From: Takakia lepidozioides
Lineage: Eukaryota > Plantae > Bryophyta
DNA: 64,000 nucleotides
Direction: 5' to 3'
Assembly (NCBI GenBank): GCA_030704615.1
Contig: CM060733.1
Coordinates: 7,006,001-7,070,000 of the forward strand
The translations under genes were made by a program, and so were the position numbers. Under the pieces are notes generated by a model. It saw nothing but the letters and a program-made list of their open reading frames with translations. It did no database searches and was not told the DNA's origin. This document shows positions 24,401-35,908 of this stretch, piece after piece; position 1 is the stretch's first letter, and the number at the start of each line of letters is the position of its first letter.

Positions 24401-27400
24401 AGTACCTCCCTTACCTCTCCTCTCTTTGCTAGTACGAGCTGCTGCAGGGATCACATCAATAACAAATGTGAAGTGGTGTAAGCCTGGGGTTTCACAGGGA
24501 TCACTAAACTGTTGGCTTGTTGGTTGGCTGTGATGGGTCCAGGTGAGGCCACTTCACCTTCTTTTGTTGCAGGAAATGCTATTAAGGGTAAGAGACTAAG
24601 GGAGTGAGACTTGGAGCTCTCTCAAAGCTCAAATCTGTTTGTATGTGTTGATTTTGTACACATTCTACTGCTGTTTTGCTCGGGGTATGAGCTTGTACCC
24701 ACCCAGAAAGGAGTTGCCTGTTTAGGAGACATTCCTACTTCTATTGTTGCTTCCTAAGATATGAAAGGGAGGAGGCAGATCTATTTGTGAGAGAGGGCTA
24801 CCTAGTGTGCAGCTGATTGCACCTGAAAACTGATTTTCCAGTAAGCAACCACAGCCACATTGTGAATGTCTAAGGTGGAGGGCTAATGGAGCATTGCTGA
24901 TGCTTTGTACCACGATTTGAATGCCAGCTCTTAATCAGCCCCCAGTCTTCTGGAATCGGATTGTGGATGTCTGTGCTGGAATGTTATGACAAAGTTGGGT
25001 TGCAACCCCTCTACAGACCCTGGGAGGTTTACTGGTGGTTAGTCCTGCTAGGGTATGCCGTAGTCAACACTTGCAAGGACCTGTCCTCTCTGTCCTGGTC
25101 TCTTTCTCATACACATGTGACCAATTCAGCACACGGGAAATTTGTAGGTAATATTGGGGTGTTTACTAGGTGAATTACGGCATTGTCAGCTACTAGCAGG
25201 GAGGGGGAGGATCTATGCAGTTTGTAGTTGCGGCAAGGATGGCTGAAGACGGCATGTGGGGTGCAGATGTAGGTGCATTTGTGAAAGCAGCTAGTGGTAG
25301 TATCGTGAAGGGTTTTTGTCAGTTAGGGTCACTTGATGCTGTGGGCATGTTTATGGTTCCAAATTGAGGAGTTGGTCAGGTATCTTCCCTGTTTTAACAG
25401 ATTCGGTTGTTTGATCTTCTATTAGATGGATCAGCTGAAAACCAGGCAATTTCTCTCTTTTGGTCCCTTTTTTACGCTACCGTTCATTTTGCGTTCCACT
25501 CTCTGTTTGCTTTCTGAGCAGACTTACTCGCTGACAGCATAGGACTGAGACAAAGGGTGCCCAGGGCACACTACGATTTCAGGGATGGGCTATATGCTTT
25601 TAATTTTTCTGGTGGATGTGTGGTGGCTGTGCGAGTTTTTGACGTGTTACTGCTACTGGGGTTGCAGGCGAATATCCAAAACACCAAAATAGAGACCAGG
25701 AGAAGCTTTGGAACAAATTTTTTTCATGCTCCAGTGAGCAGTGGGTCAATCAAGTTTGTAAGGTGAAAGCACTTGTAACAGAATGCAGACGACAAGAACT
25801 CCCTTATCAATTAATCATAGCAGCTGCTTTTGATAGAGCCCCACCCATAATAGCCACCATTGGGAAGAGTCTCTTAGTGTGTTTGTTTCTGTAATACCCT
25901 TTTTCTTAACACTGTGACTGACAAGGCAACCACCTTCACATGTGTAATGTTTGTTGCAAGCTAGATGGCTGGAGAAGTGCCGGTCCACGTCAAGCTTTTT
26001 GTAGAAAAGACAATGCAAGCGCAGTAATGAATCCATGTAGTAGATGCTCATTGGTTGTGAGCAAGCATTTGGAAATTCGGGGCTGCCTTGTGCTCTGAGA
26101 CCCTCACCAGCTTGGAGAACTGTGCACAATGATGCATGTTTTCTAACATGATGTCAAGGCCAGCTCTAAATGAACACTCAATCATCCATACTTACATTGT
26201 TTTGTGATTTCCAGAGGGTTTAAAACCTCACAGTCGACCCTCTTTCTCCGGTGGGGATTAGTCCTTCCATGATCCACCATAGTCAAAACAAGTGAGACAT
26301 AGTCTCTCTCTCCTCTCGTCTTTCTCACTCTCTATTTCTGACAGAGGAACAGAGGAACAACTGTTGGCTAAATGATTTATATGATGTATTTTTCAGCACT
26401 AGCAGCACTGAGGGAAGATGTCTGCATTGTTTTGTGGAGCCAAGGATAGCTGAAGAGCCAGGGATGAACCGTGTGTGCAGATCCTTCCTAAAGGACCAGA
26501 TTTCAAGTACAAGAGTACCAGGAAGACACAGTGGATTAATGGCTGGAAGAGCCCTGCGGGAGTAGATGGTCAACTAGAAGTAGCAGGAGCACTGTTGATT
26601 GAATCAGGCACCTCCGCCATGGCCACTGCCTACGAAAGAGTACCAAGACAGGGAGTCCACAAGAACTCAATTGGCACTTGCGGTGATGTGAGCAGACTCT
26701 GTAAGGCAGGACAACTGAAAGAGGCATTGCACATTTTGAACCAAGGAGGTATTTCAGCAGACATCTATACTTATGTCTGTCTCTTGCAGGAGTGCATTAG
26801 GATTAAAGGCCTAGTGGATGGAAAGAGGGTGCATGCCCACATTACCCAGAGTGGGTTCAAGCCAAACATCTTTCTACACAACACCCTCATCAAGATGTAT
26901 GCCAAGTGTGGGAGCATTGTAGATGCACGTGTAGTGTTTGACAAAATGCTTGAACGAGATAAGTTTACATGGAATATAATGATGACAGGGTATGCCAAGC
27001 ATGGTTGTGGTAGGCCAGCCCTCAGTATATATGAGCAAATGATACAGGAAGGGGTAATGCCCAACAGAGTCACTTTCATATGTGCTCTCAAGGCATGTGG
27101 CAGCCTACGAGGCCTGAAAAAAGGCAAAGAGGTGCATGCCGACATAATTAAAGCTGGGATTACACCGGACATCATTCTGGACACCGCCCTTGCTGCCATG
27201 TACGCCAAGTGTGGGAGCTTCAAGGATGCACATCAAGTATTTGACAATATGCCTGCACGAAATGTGGTCTCCTGGAGTGCAATGATTGCAGGATATGCTC
27301 AGCATGGTTGTAGTATGGAGGCTTTGGAGACATATGAACAAATGATAGGGGAAGGGGTGACACCCGACCAGGTCACGTTTGTCTGCGTTCTCAATGCATG

Positions 27401-29009
27401 TGCGAGCCTGGCAGCCTTGGATAAGGGTAAAGGGATTCATGCTGACATCATCAGACAAGAAATTGTGCCAGATATCATTCTAGAGACTGCCCTTGTGAAC
27501 ATGTATGCTAAATGCAGGGACATTAAGACTGCGTGTCTAGTGTTTGACAATATGGTTGACCGGGATGTGGTCTCATGGAGTGCAATGATTGCCGGATATA
27601 CACAGCATGGATGTGGCAAGGAGGCTTTGGAAGCCTATGAGCAAATGATACAAGAAGGGGTGATGCCCAACCAGGTTACATTTGTTTGCGCACTCACTGC
27701 CTGTGCTAGCCTCACAGCCCTGGAAAAGGGCAGGGAAATCCATACTCACATTGTGAAAGCCGGAATTGAGATAAATACCATTTTGGGCAATACCCTTGTC
27801 GACATGTATGCCAAATGTGGGAACACAAAGGATGCACATCAAGTGTTTGACAATATTGCTCAACAAGATGTGGTCTCATGGAATGCACTGATTGCAGGAT
27901 ACGCTCAACATGAAAGTGGCGGTGAAGCTTTGGAGACCTACCAGGAAATGACACAGAAAGGAGTGCTGCCCAACGAGGTCACGTTCGTTTGTGTTCTCAA
28001 TGCCTGTGCCAGCCTGGCCGCCCTGCAAAAAGGCAAAGAGATACATGCTGACATCATCAAAACTGGCATCAAGCCGAATACTATTCTAGTGACGGCCCTC
28101 ATTAATATGTATGCCAAATGTGGGAACATGAAGAATGCACAACAAGTGTTTGGCAATATGGCTGAACGGGATGTAGTGTCATGGAATGCAATGATTGCAG
28201 GTTATTCTCAGCATCAATTCGATAGGGAGGCTTTGGAGACATATGAGCAAATGATACAGGAAGGAGTGTCAACTGACCAGTTTACTTATGTTTGCGTTCT
28301 CAATGCGTGTGCCAGCCTGGCAGCCCTGGAAGAGGGCAAGGAAATCCATGCTAATATCATTGAAGCTGGCATTGTACCAAATACGATCGTGGAGAATGCC
28401 CTCGTTGATATGTATGCCAAATGTGGGAACCTAAATGATGCGCGCCAAGTATTCAATAATATTGCTCAACGAAATGTGGTCTCCTGGACTGCGATGATTG
28501 CAGGATATGCTCAACATGGGTGTAGTAGGCCGGCCCTGCAACTATTTGAACAAATGCAACAGGAAGGGTTGAAGGCAGACGGTATCACTTTTATATGTAT
28601 TCTCTCTGCATGCAGCCATGTGGGCCTAGTGGATGAAGGCAATCACTACTTTGATGCTATGAGGCAAGATTACGGCCTCACTCCTACAGCTGAGCATTTT
28701 GGTTGCATGGTGGACCTTCTTGGACGTGCAGGGCGATTGGCTGAGGCAGAAGACTTCATTGACAAAATGCCAATCAAACCAACTGTGGCGGTGTGGGGGG
28801 CATTGCTTTCTGCCTGCAGAATTCATGGCAATGTGGACCTGGCAGAATGTGCAGCTAACCACCTTCTCAAGTTGGATCCACATGAGGCTGCTACTTATGT
28901 GCTGCTATCAAACATCTATGCCGCAGCAGGCAGGTGGGATGATACAGCAAAGGTGCGACAAATGATGAAGGAGAGTTGTGAGGGAGAAGCCAGGTCGCCG
29001 CTGGATTGA
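18463..29009 (+). CDS. PLS-class PPR protein with N-terminal OSB-type PDF motif(s) and an E domain; predicted exons 18463-18798, 24021-24078, 25668-25762 and 26481-29009
   Basis: 844-aa ORF with six P-L-S triplets (MYAKCG...DA..VFD.M..RDVVSW..MIAGY), SACSH.GLVDEG, MVDLLGRAG and the E domain (WGALLSACRIHGN, YVLLSNIYAAAGRW). The upstream GT-AG exons are phase-compatible (0,1,0) and encode LW..Y/F...P..WWD...K-PDFKYK.T....WI. Confidence 0.85.
19225..23057 (+). mobile_element. 5'-truncated non-LTR retrotransposon (APE endonuclease, RT, C-terminal CCHC-like finger), RTE-X/CR1-group-like rather than plant L1; frameshifted
   Basis: ATFNFSG, QETW, GVGFFV, LLGDFNARVG, NSNGRRL, SIVDY, SDHFLV; KAGGPDGI, NYRGITLL, QADFRRNRGC, FLDVKKAY, QGVAQGCTLSPLLFNVFI, LMFADD, YTYLG; CPLCGQSEDSNHFLIHC. 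Flanked by (CT)n. Confidence 0.92.
23081..23858 (+). mobile_element. Second, older 5'-truncated copy of the same LINE family
   Basis: Similar to 22280-23057; flanked by the TSD TCTCTCTCTTTCCTTGAAT (ending at 23080 and 23877). Confidence 0.9.
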
Positions 29010-29378
29010 GGTGGACGACCAGGGGGATGCCGTTGTTGTGGAAGGCACATTGCATCCAGATTTTGACAAAATCCATACTGAGTTGACTGAGATTGTCTGT
29101 GAAGATGAGGGAGGGATGCCAAGTTCATGCCTGACATATGCTTTGGATCATATGATGTTGAGGAGCAGTAAAAGGAACTGTCCCTTTGCTCCCACAGTGT
29201 GAAGATGGCAATTGCTTTCGGTCTCTTCAACACATCCCATGGGACCCCTCACCATGTCATCAAAAACCTTGAGAGCCACTAAGTTCATCTACTATATTGT
29301 TGGGCGAGCAATTGTTTGTGATGCAAACCACTTTCACCACCTCCAAGATGGGGTTTTCCTTGTGGGTATTACTGGTAA
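28978..29378 (+). pseudogene. Degenerate E+/DYW deaminase domain, out of frame with the PPR array
   Basis: KPGRRWIEV, HPDFDKI, HSVKMAIAFGLFNT..G, IKNL, ATKFI..IVGRAIV.DANHFHH..DG..CGYYW-stop. Several frameshifts and one stop; the catalytic E is replaced by V and CxxC is deleted. Confidence 0.85.
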
Positions 29379-30318
29379 GAGGTGCAACATGCATGTGCGC
29401 GAGCATGGTTGAATTAAGAGTTTAATCTGGAACCTGAACTCCAGCACTGGAAATTGCCTCCCTCATGTCTAAGTATGTGATTCCTGATCACTGCACTTCA
29501 GAGTAGAGAGTGGAAACTCAAACAGAGCTCACTTCAGTGGAGCCACTCGGTAACATGAGTTATGTTCAGTTGCTGCAGGTATTCTCGCCTTGAATCCAAA
29601 TAGTTAAAAGAGATTCAGTCAGTAGTCTGAAGTTTTTCCCAATTTTTTTTTCCCAAACTGTACCAAGGCTCAAGTTCATGGGCCATCTCAATATATAAAC
29701 CAGGTATTAGTATCAAAACTGTAAGGTATGGCTGGGCACACTTGAGCTTGTCGATCTCTTCTTGCAGACGGTAATGTGTAAGCACGGTAAATAATGAATT
29801 CCAAAATCGAATATATAATACTCCTTGGATAATTAAACAAGTCGCGAATGGCTCCTCTTTGTGAATAGTGGAATCTACTTTCATCCATACTAAACTTAAA
29901 AATTCATCCATTTATTTTTCATAAGTTGTTCAATAACAAAAATGTTACCTGACCGAGGTCTTATCTGGAAAAGGAAAGTAGTTTTAGGAGGTGACACTTG
30001 GGAAAGGCACAACAGGGACTCACCCATTTTTGACACTGATGCATGGTCTCCTCTTCAGAATAAAGAGGAGCCAAATAAATTCCTGAAATCTACATTATTG
30101 TCATTTTTTGCTAGGATGTTTTGTTATTGGTATCGAACAAGAGATTAGTGGAGCTTCAACGGAGCTCCGGCCACCCACCTGCGCTACTCTCTGCTGGATG
30201 GAACTAGAATATCAGTAATAAGTCCGGTTCCATCAGCCATCAGTTGGATTTTCATCAGTACTAAAACTACGAAGAAGGTGGTTTTTTCCAATTTACCTGA
30301 CAAGGCTGCCGAAGGAAC

Positions 30319-31128
30319 CAGTGTTGGGCGGTTCTTGCATTTGTGAAGGAACCTTCGGTTCCGGTTCCACAATTATTTCAAGAGACGGTTCCGGATCCGG
30401 TTCCGGTTTTTTTTTATTGAGCCGGTTCCGGTCCGGTTCCGGATCCAACTTTTAAACATGGGGGCGGTTCCGGTTACCGGTTAGTTGCTGATAAAAACCA
30501 TCGGTTCCGGTTAGGTTCCGGTTCTATTTTTAAAATATATTTGTTTAATTTAATTAGATTTAAAATATTTTATCGGTCCGGTAGATTAAATAGCATTGTA
30601 TTCACATATTTGAACTAAAATCCAACGATTTTGTTAGTTTTCACTAAACACAAAAAAACAAACAAAAATACTCTAAATAAACTGGTAGAAGAAAATGGGT
30701 AAAATTTTATGGGTTGAAAGTACTATTCAGCTACCTGGCAAGTATTGGCATCTTCAAGCATTTTATTAATGAACTTAGCCAGGATATCATGGAGCTGGAG
30801 ATTGAACCCAAGATCTCATGGCGCTGAAGCATTGAACATAGAATCTCATGGCCTTCAAGCATTGAACCCAGGATCTCAGGAGCTTGAGAGCATTAAATAA
30901 TTTTTGCCCTGGGCCCACCAGCCCAAGGGGTCAAGAACCGGAACCTGTTTTTATCCCCATGCGCCAGTTCTCTGGTTCTTACACCCAGCAGGAACCGCCG
31001 GTTCGGTTTTGCGCCGATTCCCATTGGCACGTTCCGGTTCCGGGTCAGGTTCTGGAGGAATGGGCCCAGTTCCGGTTAACCTGAACCGGCGATTAACCTA
31101 GGTCCCGGCGGGTAACCGCCCAACACTG
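30319..31128. mobile_element. Non-autonomous hAT element / MITE
   Basis: Perfect 15-bp TIR CAGTGTTGGGCGGTT...AACCGCCCAACACTG; 8-bp TSD GAAGGAAC/GCAGGAAC (7/8); many CCGGTT subterminal repeats. Confidence 0.9.
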
Positions 31129-31282
31129 GCAGGAACCCTACCGAATGACCAAAAATATAATATAATAAAAGAACCCACTGAAAACAGTGATTTAGATTGC
31201 ATCTTCAAAGCCAAGTGCCTACTATTATTTTATTTATTTATTTATTAAATCAAAGGGGGGAAAATGGCCTCCCATTTTAAGA

Positions 31283-31800
31283 TAATAACATCTTCAATGC
31301 GCCTATGGCCCCGCCTTTACGGCCCATGGGTCAGGTCATAAGCCCACCGCCCATTCACGGGGTCCGCCGGATTCTGAAATTTTTCTAAGTCCTTATTCGG
31401 ACCTTCCGGCAGACTCGGCAAACCCTCCAGCAGACTTAGACAAAATATATATTTAATATATAATAACACACATTACTGCCACGGTACCACATGACAAAAT
31501 TTGAATACCAAACCTCATGCTTATTATTTGTTGCTCTTAACCACCACATTACCCGCTGCTTTCTACAAACATTTGAAATAACTAATGGTTTATGTGCATA
31601 ACCAATACATATTTTATGTGTTTTATGGCCCTAACAGATTGGCTTGCCCAGCAGCCCCAGTAGCAGACTGACTAGGTCTGGCAGACCCAACAGTGGACCG
31701 AGCAAACTGAGTTGCAACTTACCCTCCGAGGGGTAGGGGCGCTCCCACCCCCTCTCCTACACGCGGGGCCCACCATAGGCACACCTTGAAGACGCTATTA
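31283..31800. mobile_element. MITE with imperfect TIRs of about 27 bp
   Basis: TAATAACATCTTCAATGCGCCTATGG versus the reverse complement of the right end, TAATAGCGTCTTCAAGGTGTGCCTATGG; TSD unclear. Confidence 0.7.
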
Positions 31801-31805
31801 TCTTT

Positions 31806-32274
31806 CCGTCCCTCGACAACCGTTTAGGCATTTTTGCGCCTAATAATAAAATCAATCAATCAAAAAATTAGGCATGTTTTGAAAACAATTCTCAAATTAG
31901 GCATCTTCATCCTATAATTTTTAGAATGAGGCACATGAGAAGAGAAAACATTTATTTTTTGGTCATTGGGTACACTGGTTTTCAAATTGGTATGCTGAAA
32001 CCTCTTACATAATGGTACTCTTGAGTTGTGGTAGGCTGGTAGGCTAGTTATTTCCGCACGCATATATTTGTATTGATTTTTGTTCAAAGAAATTTTGATC
32101 TTATTACAAACAACATGAGAAGAGGCTTGCAAGTTTTTTGGTGGAATATTTGGGCATTAGGCACTTTGGTCCCATAATTTCCCAACAATTAGGCCAAAAT
32201 CTGAAAAATTCATAGAAGTGAGTAGGCACTTTCATTTTGAATTAATTATCGCCTAAACGGTTGTCCAGGGACTG
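31806..32274. mobile_element. Tc1/mariner(pogo)-like MITE
   Basis: TIR C(C/A)GTCCCT(C/G)GACAACCGTTTAGGC (22/24), TA after the right end, repeated TTAGGCA motifs; a related remnant continues to about 32690. Confidence 0.75.
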
Positions 32275-32793
32275 TATTAGGCACTTCCATGTCTAATAAT
32301 TAAAAAAATGAAATATTATTAGGCAGATTCAATTTTATTATTTAGGCACCTCACCTAGGTAATTTCCAAACATTAGGCATGTATTACAGTCGACCCTGGA
32401 TAATAATGAGCAATTGTTTTTTACCTCCCTCAAAATTTATTGTTGAGGTAGTTTAAAAAAAGAAAAAACATTCTCTCAGATTCAGAAGATTCACATGAGA
32501 TAGGTGATGACACTTATGAAGATGTAGAATAATACAATTTAGCCACATATTTGGACATTTTGGTGTTTTTTACAATTTTCGAGCAATTAGGCACTTCTTC
32601 CAAGTTTTAGGCACATTTTCCAAGACAATTCTAAATTTAATTAGGCGCTTGATTTTGAATTAATTATTGCCTAATAAGCTAGGTCAGTACGTCAGTACAT
32701 AAGAAATTCCCTCTTCTTAAAAATAAAATAAAATAAAAATATATATATTATAACGAATAATTTAATTCGCGCAAGGCTGCATCGAAAGCTTGC

Positions 32794-32820
32794 GGCCCAG
32801 CTGGGTGTCACAAACCCTAA
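32794..32820 (+). promoter_or_regulatory. Site-II-like GGCCCA plus telo-box AAACCCTAA upstream of LSM2
   Basis: Motif pair typical of plant housekeeping RNP/translation gene promoters, about 250 bp before the ATG. Confidence 0.5.
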
Positions 32821-33069
32821 GTTAGCATCAGAGGATGGGCGGTTGATCATCTGCAGCTATCAACTCTCAACACTCCTCTGCAATTCCTGCAATTGCATTT
32901 CTACTTGTGGTGGATTGCATTGACCACTCAAAGGTTTGCTCTGGATCCCAAGAGACTGAAGATATTCAACAGTGAAGACAAAGAGCTGCAGGGTTTGGGG
33001 CACAAGGGAAGTTGGGGTGGAGAGTGTTGTCGTTTTGGTGCTAGTGAGAGTGGAATCTGAACCAGCATC

Positions 33070-33869
33070 ATGGTGAGTGCCTTCCTACTCTTTTGTTGCT
33101 TATCTGGTTTCATGCCGCGTGAATCTTTCTTTCGATACGAAGTGTAGGTGATTGTGACGATTTTCTGGGTTTAGGGCTTTTGGTTTCATCTGAACGTATG
33201 AGTTTGAGCAGCTCACTACTGGTGTATGGGTTGTCTTGGTTTTGGTATGATGTGTGTGTGAGAGAAAAGGAATACTGCAGTGTCTGGGGTATGACGGGAT
33301 TGAAGTGTGATAGACGGATGACGAGGTTGAGGGGTTCAACGGGTGATGGGCATGGCAGCTGTTTTTTTCGTATTTCAAGGAGTTGGTGGGCAAGGAAGTG
33401 ACAGTGGAGCTTAAGAACGATCTGGCTATCACTGGGACCTTGCACTCGGTTGATCAGTACCTCAACATCAAGTTGGAGAATACTCGGGTCGTTGATGAAG
33501 CCAAATATCCGCACATGGTTCTCTTTCTGCCTCTCTCCGCTACTCCTTTTTTTCATGCATGTGCAGTTTTAGGTCTGTTACCACTTGGTTGATCGGTACC
33601 TTAACATCAAGTTGGAGACTACTCATGTCGTTGATGAAGCCAAATATTCGCAACTCTCTCCCCCTCTCTCCCCTCCTCCTTTTTGTCGTGCATGTGCAGT
33701 TTTAGGTCTTTCACCAATTTTGCATAATACGTTCCTTGGGTGGCCACAGCTCTCTGTAAAGAACTGCTTCATCCGAGGGTCAGTAGTGCGGTACGTGCAA
33801 TTACCCCCAGATGGAGTGGATGTTGACATTCTGCATGATGCAACAAGGCGGGAGGCTCGGGGAGCGTAA
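33070..33869 (+). CDS. LSM2: Sm-like protein LSM2, 93 aa; exons 33070-33072, 33359-33517 and 33750-33869
   Basis: M|LFFSYFKELVGKEVTVELKNDLAITGTLHSVDQYLNIKLENTRVVDEAKYPHM|LSVKNCFIRGSVVRYVQLP...LHDATRREARGA; canonical GT-AG introns. Confidence 0.97.
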
Positions 33870-35351
33870 TGCACAAGTGCCACTCTCTTCTTTCGTAGAG
33901 GTTACATGACACGGGAGCTATCTACAAGGGACCCATCTCTTATTGTCATGAAGAGAAATGATCTTAGCGCGTTCACCTTTTAGGTTGTCAAAGCGGACAT
34001 GTTGTGCCAGCAGTTTGTATTGCGGGTAGCTCTCCTTAGCCATGCAACAGATTCTTCAAGAAGTCATTGAGGAGGAGCCCTCTTAGTGTGGCAAGCAATT
34101 GTATGGACTTATAATTGTTGCTGCAAATGTACACTACTTTGATCTATTTTCAGAACAGCATGGAAGGTCTCTGTATGAATGGAAAGTTTCAATTTGCATA
34201 TGTTATGTATTTCTGAGCACTTGTTGTGATTAATTCCAGCCCCTGGTCAGCAACTGATATGTCTGGCTGCACTCATCCAAGGGAATCATGGTGGCTTGTG
34301 GTTGTCCTAGCAAAGAGATGTTACCTGCCTGTGTCCTGCTGTATTCAGCTCTTCAGTGCCATCACTTGTAAAGCTTTACATGTTTGTAAGTTGGAGAAGC
34401 TAAAAGTACTTGACACATGGACGGAAGGTCACAAAGGTATGTGACCCATTTATGCCTTGATATGGTTGCAGCATTCTACACAATTGCATTTCATTCTTCC
34501 ACAGCAGAAATGTAAGGGTATATAGTCAACAAGACAAAAACTAACAAGCACTCTGAAGGTTGGTATGGGATTTCAGCCTGTGACACATATCACATATAGC
34601 ATACAAATGGCATCTGCTGTCAGCCAACACAAAGGGATCTTCAAAAACGAAAACACAACTACAGTAATTTACCATGAGATCCTAGAATGGAATCAACCTT
34701 CAATTAGCAGGCCAGAACAGTCAGTGCTTCATAAACGTGAATTATTGCACTGATTGTAGCAACTTGTCCATCAACATAGGCCATTAGACTTAACCAGCTA
34801 TGAACAAGAAAGCAAATTAGCAAGAATCTAATAACAAGGGCACCCCCATTGCACCTGCTCTGTGCAGCCACTCAGGTTCAGTACTTTGCAGGGGAGAGGA
34901 GGGTGCGGATCAGAGCTTATAAGGCCCTGGCAGACTGGCTTCACTATGATCCAGAAAGAGAGAGACTCCGGCCAAGCCGATGTAACTTTGAGCCACAGAC
35001 TGCTACTGCCTCCTGTTGGGGGCAGGCTCTATTACTATAATCCACTATCATTTTGCTTCCACATCCACAACAAAATCTTCTAGCAGCAATGGAAATTTGC
35101 AAGAGAATACCTGACATGAGAATACCTGGATGTGTAGGATTCAGATAAGCACCAAATTGCAAGTACTTATATTATTGTCAGACACATTTGCTAGACAAAA
35201 ATCCCTCTGACCTTTCTGACATCAGTACTGGAAGCTGGCAAATACATGCCTAATGTCTTTCAGAGCCACACTTTCAAAGTCGACTTTGCCCCAAAGGTTG
35301 CTGCCTTGACCCAGCTCTGGCAATGTAAACTTACAAATCTCTCATGCATGC

Positions 35352-35908
35352 TCAGAGCTTTTTGTAGTTCTGCCGGGAAATTGGGTTCATTACCACCGGC
35401 CCTGCTGCCTCACGGGGCCAGGCATTAAACTTCTTGTCGGTCTCAGCGAACCACTCCGGGTTTTGTAACGTATGGGGCACAGTACCTACAAGCACACAAC
35501 AAAGTCAACAGATAGATGTCAAAACTCTGATCAGGAGACTCTTCCTGCCTGGAGGAAAGAATCCCAAGTGTAGAGAGAATGTTTGGCGTAGCTTTGTGGC
35601 AATTGACCCCGCACCCAGTTTGAGCGGAACACAAAGGGACAGAAACTACCTTTGTCAGGGGCTGATTCCGGTTGATCCGAGTTTTCCAGATGTCCTCTAG
35701 AAATCCCTTTACTTACACAAGCATCAATCTGCCAGTTGAGAGAGTTGTGATTCCACAAAGGGTTGTCTCATACAACGTGGGAAATCAGTGAGGCAGACAT
35801 ACCTCCAAAGATCTTGCGGTTCCGAGCAAGGTCCCAGAAAGCGTAGGATAGAACGAAGGAACCCAGAAGACTTGGTACTATAACCTTCGTAAACGATACC
35901 ATCCCCAT
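35352..35908 (-). CDS. Plant cytochrome c oxidase subunit 4-like protein, 79 aa; exons 35908-35803 and 35485-35352
   Basis: Manual translation: MGMVSFTKVIVPSLLGSFVLSYAFWDLARNRKIFG|GTVPHTLQNPEWFAETDKKFNAWPREAAGPVVMNPISRQNYKKL. One TM helix plus the conserved plant KIFGGT.P....EW..ETDKKF.AWPR...PVVMNPISRQN motif; phase-1 GT-AG intron. Confidence 0.85.
35578..35732 (-). mobile_element. 3' fragment of the same LINE family, in the COX4-like intron
   Basis: Reverse complement matches 22865-23040 (GCAGATTGATGCTTGTGT...GGGGTCAAT.GCCACAA.GCTACG.CAAAC) and is followed by ATTCTCTCT. Confidence 0.85.
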
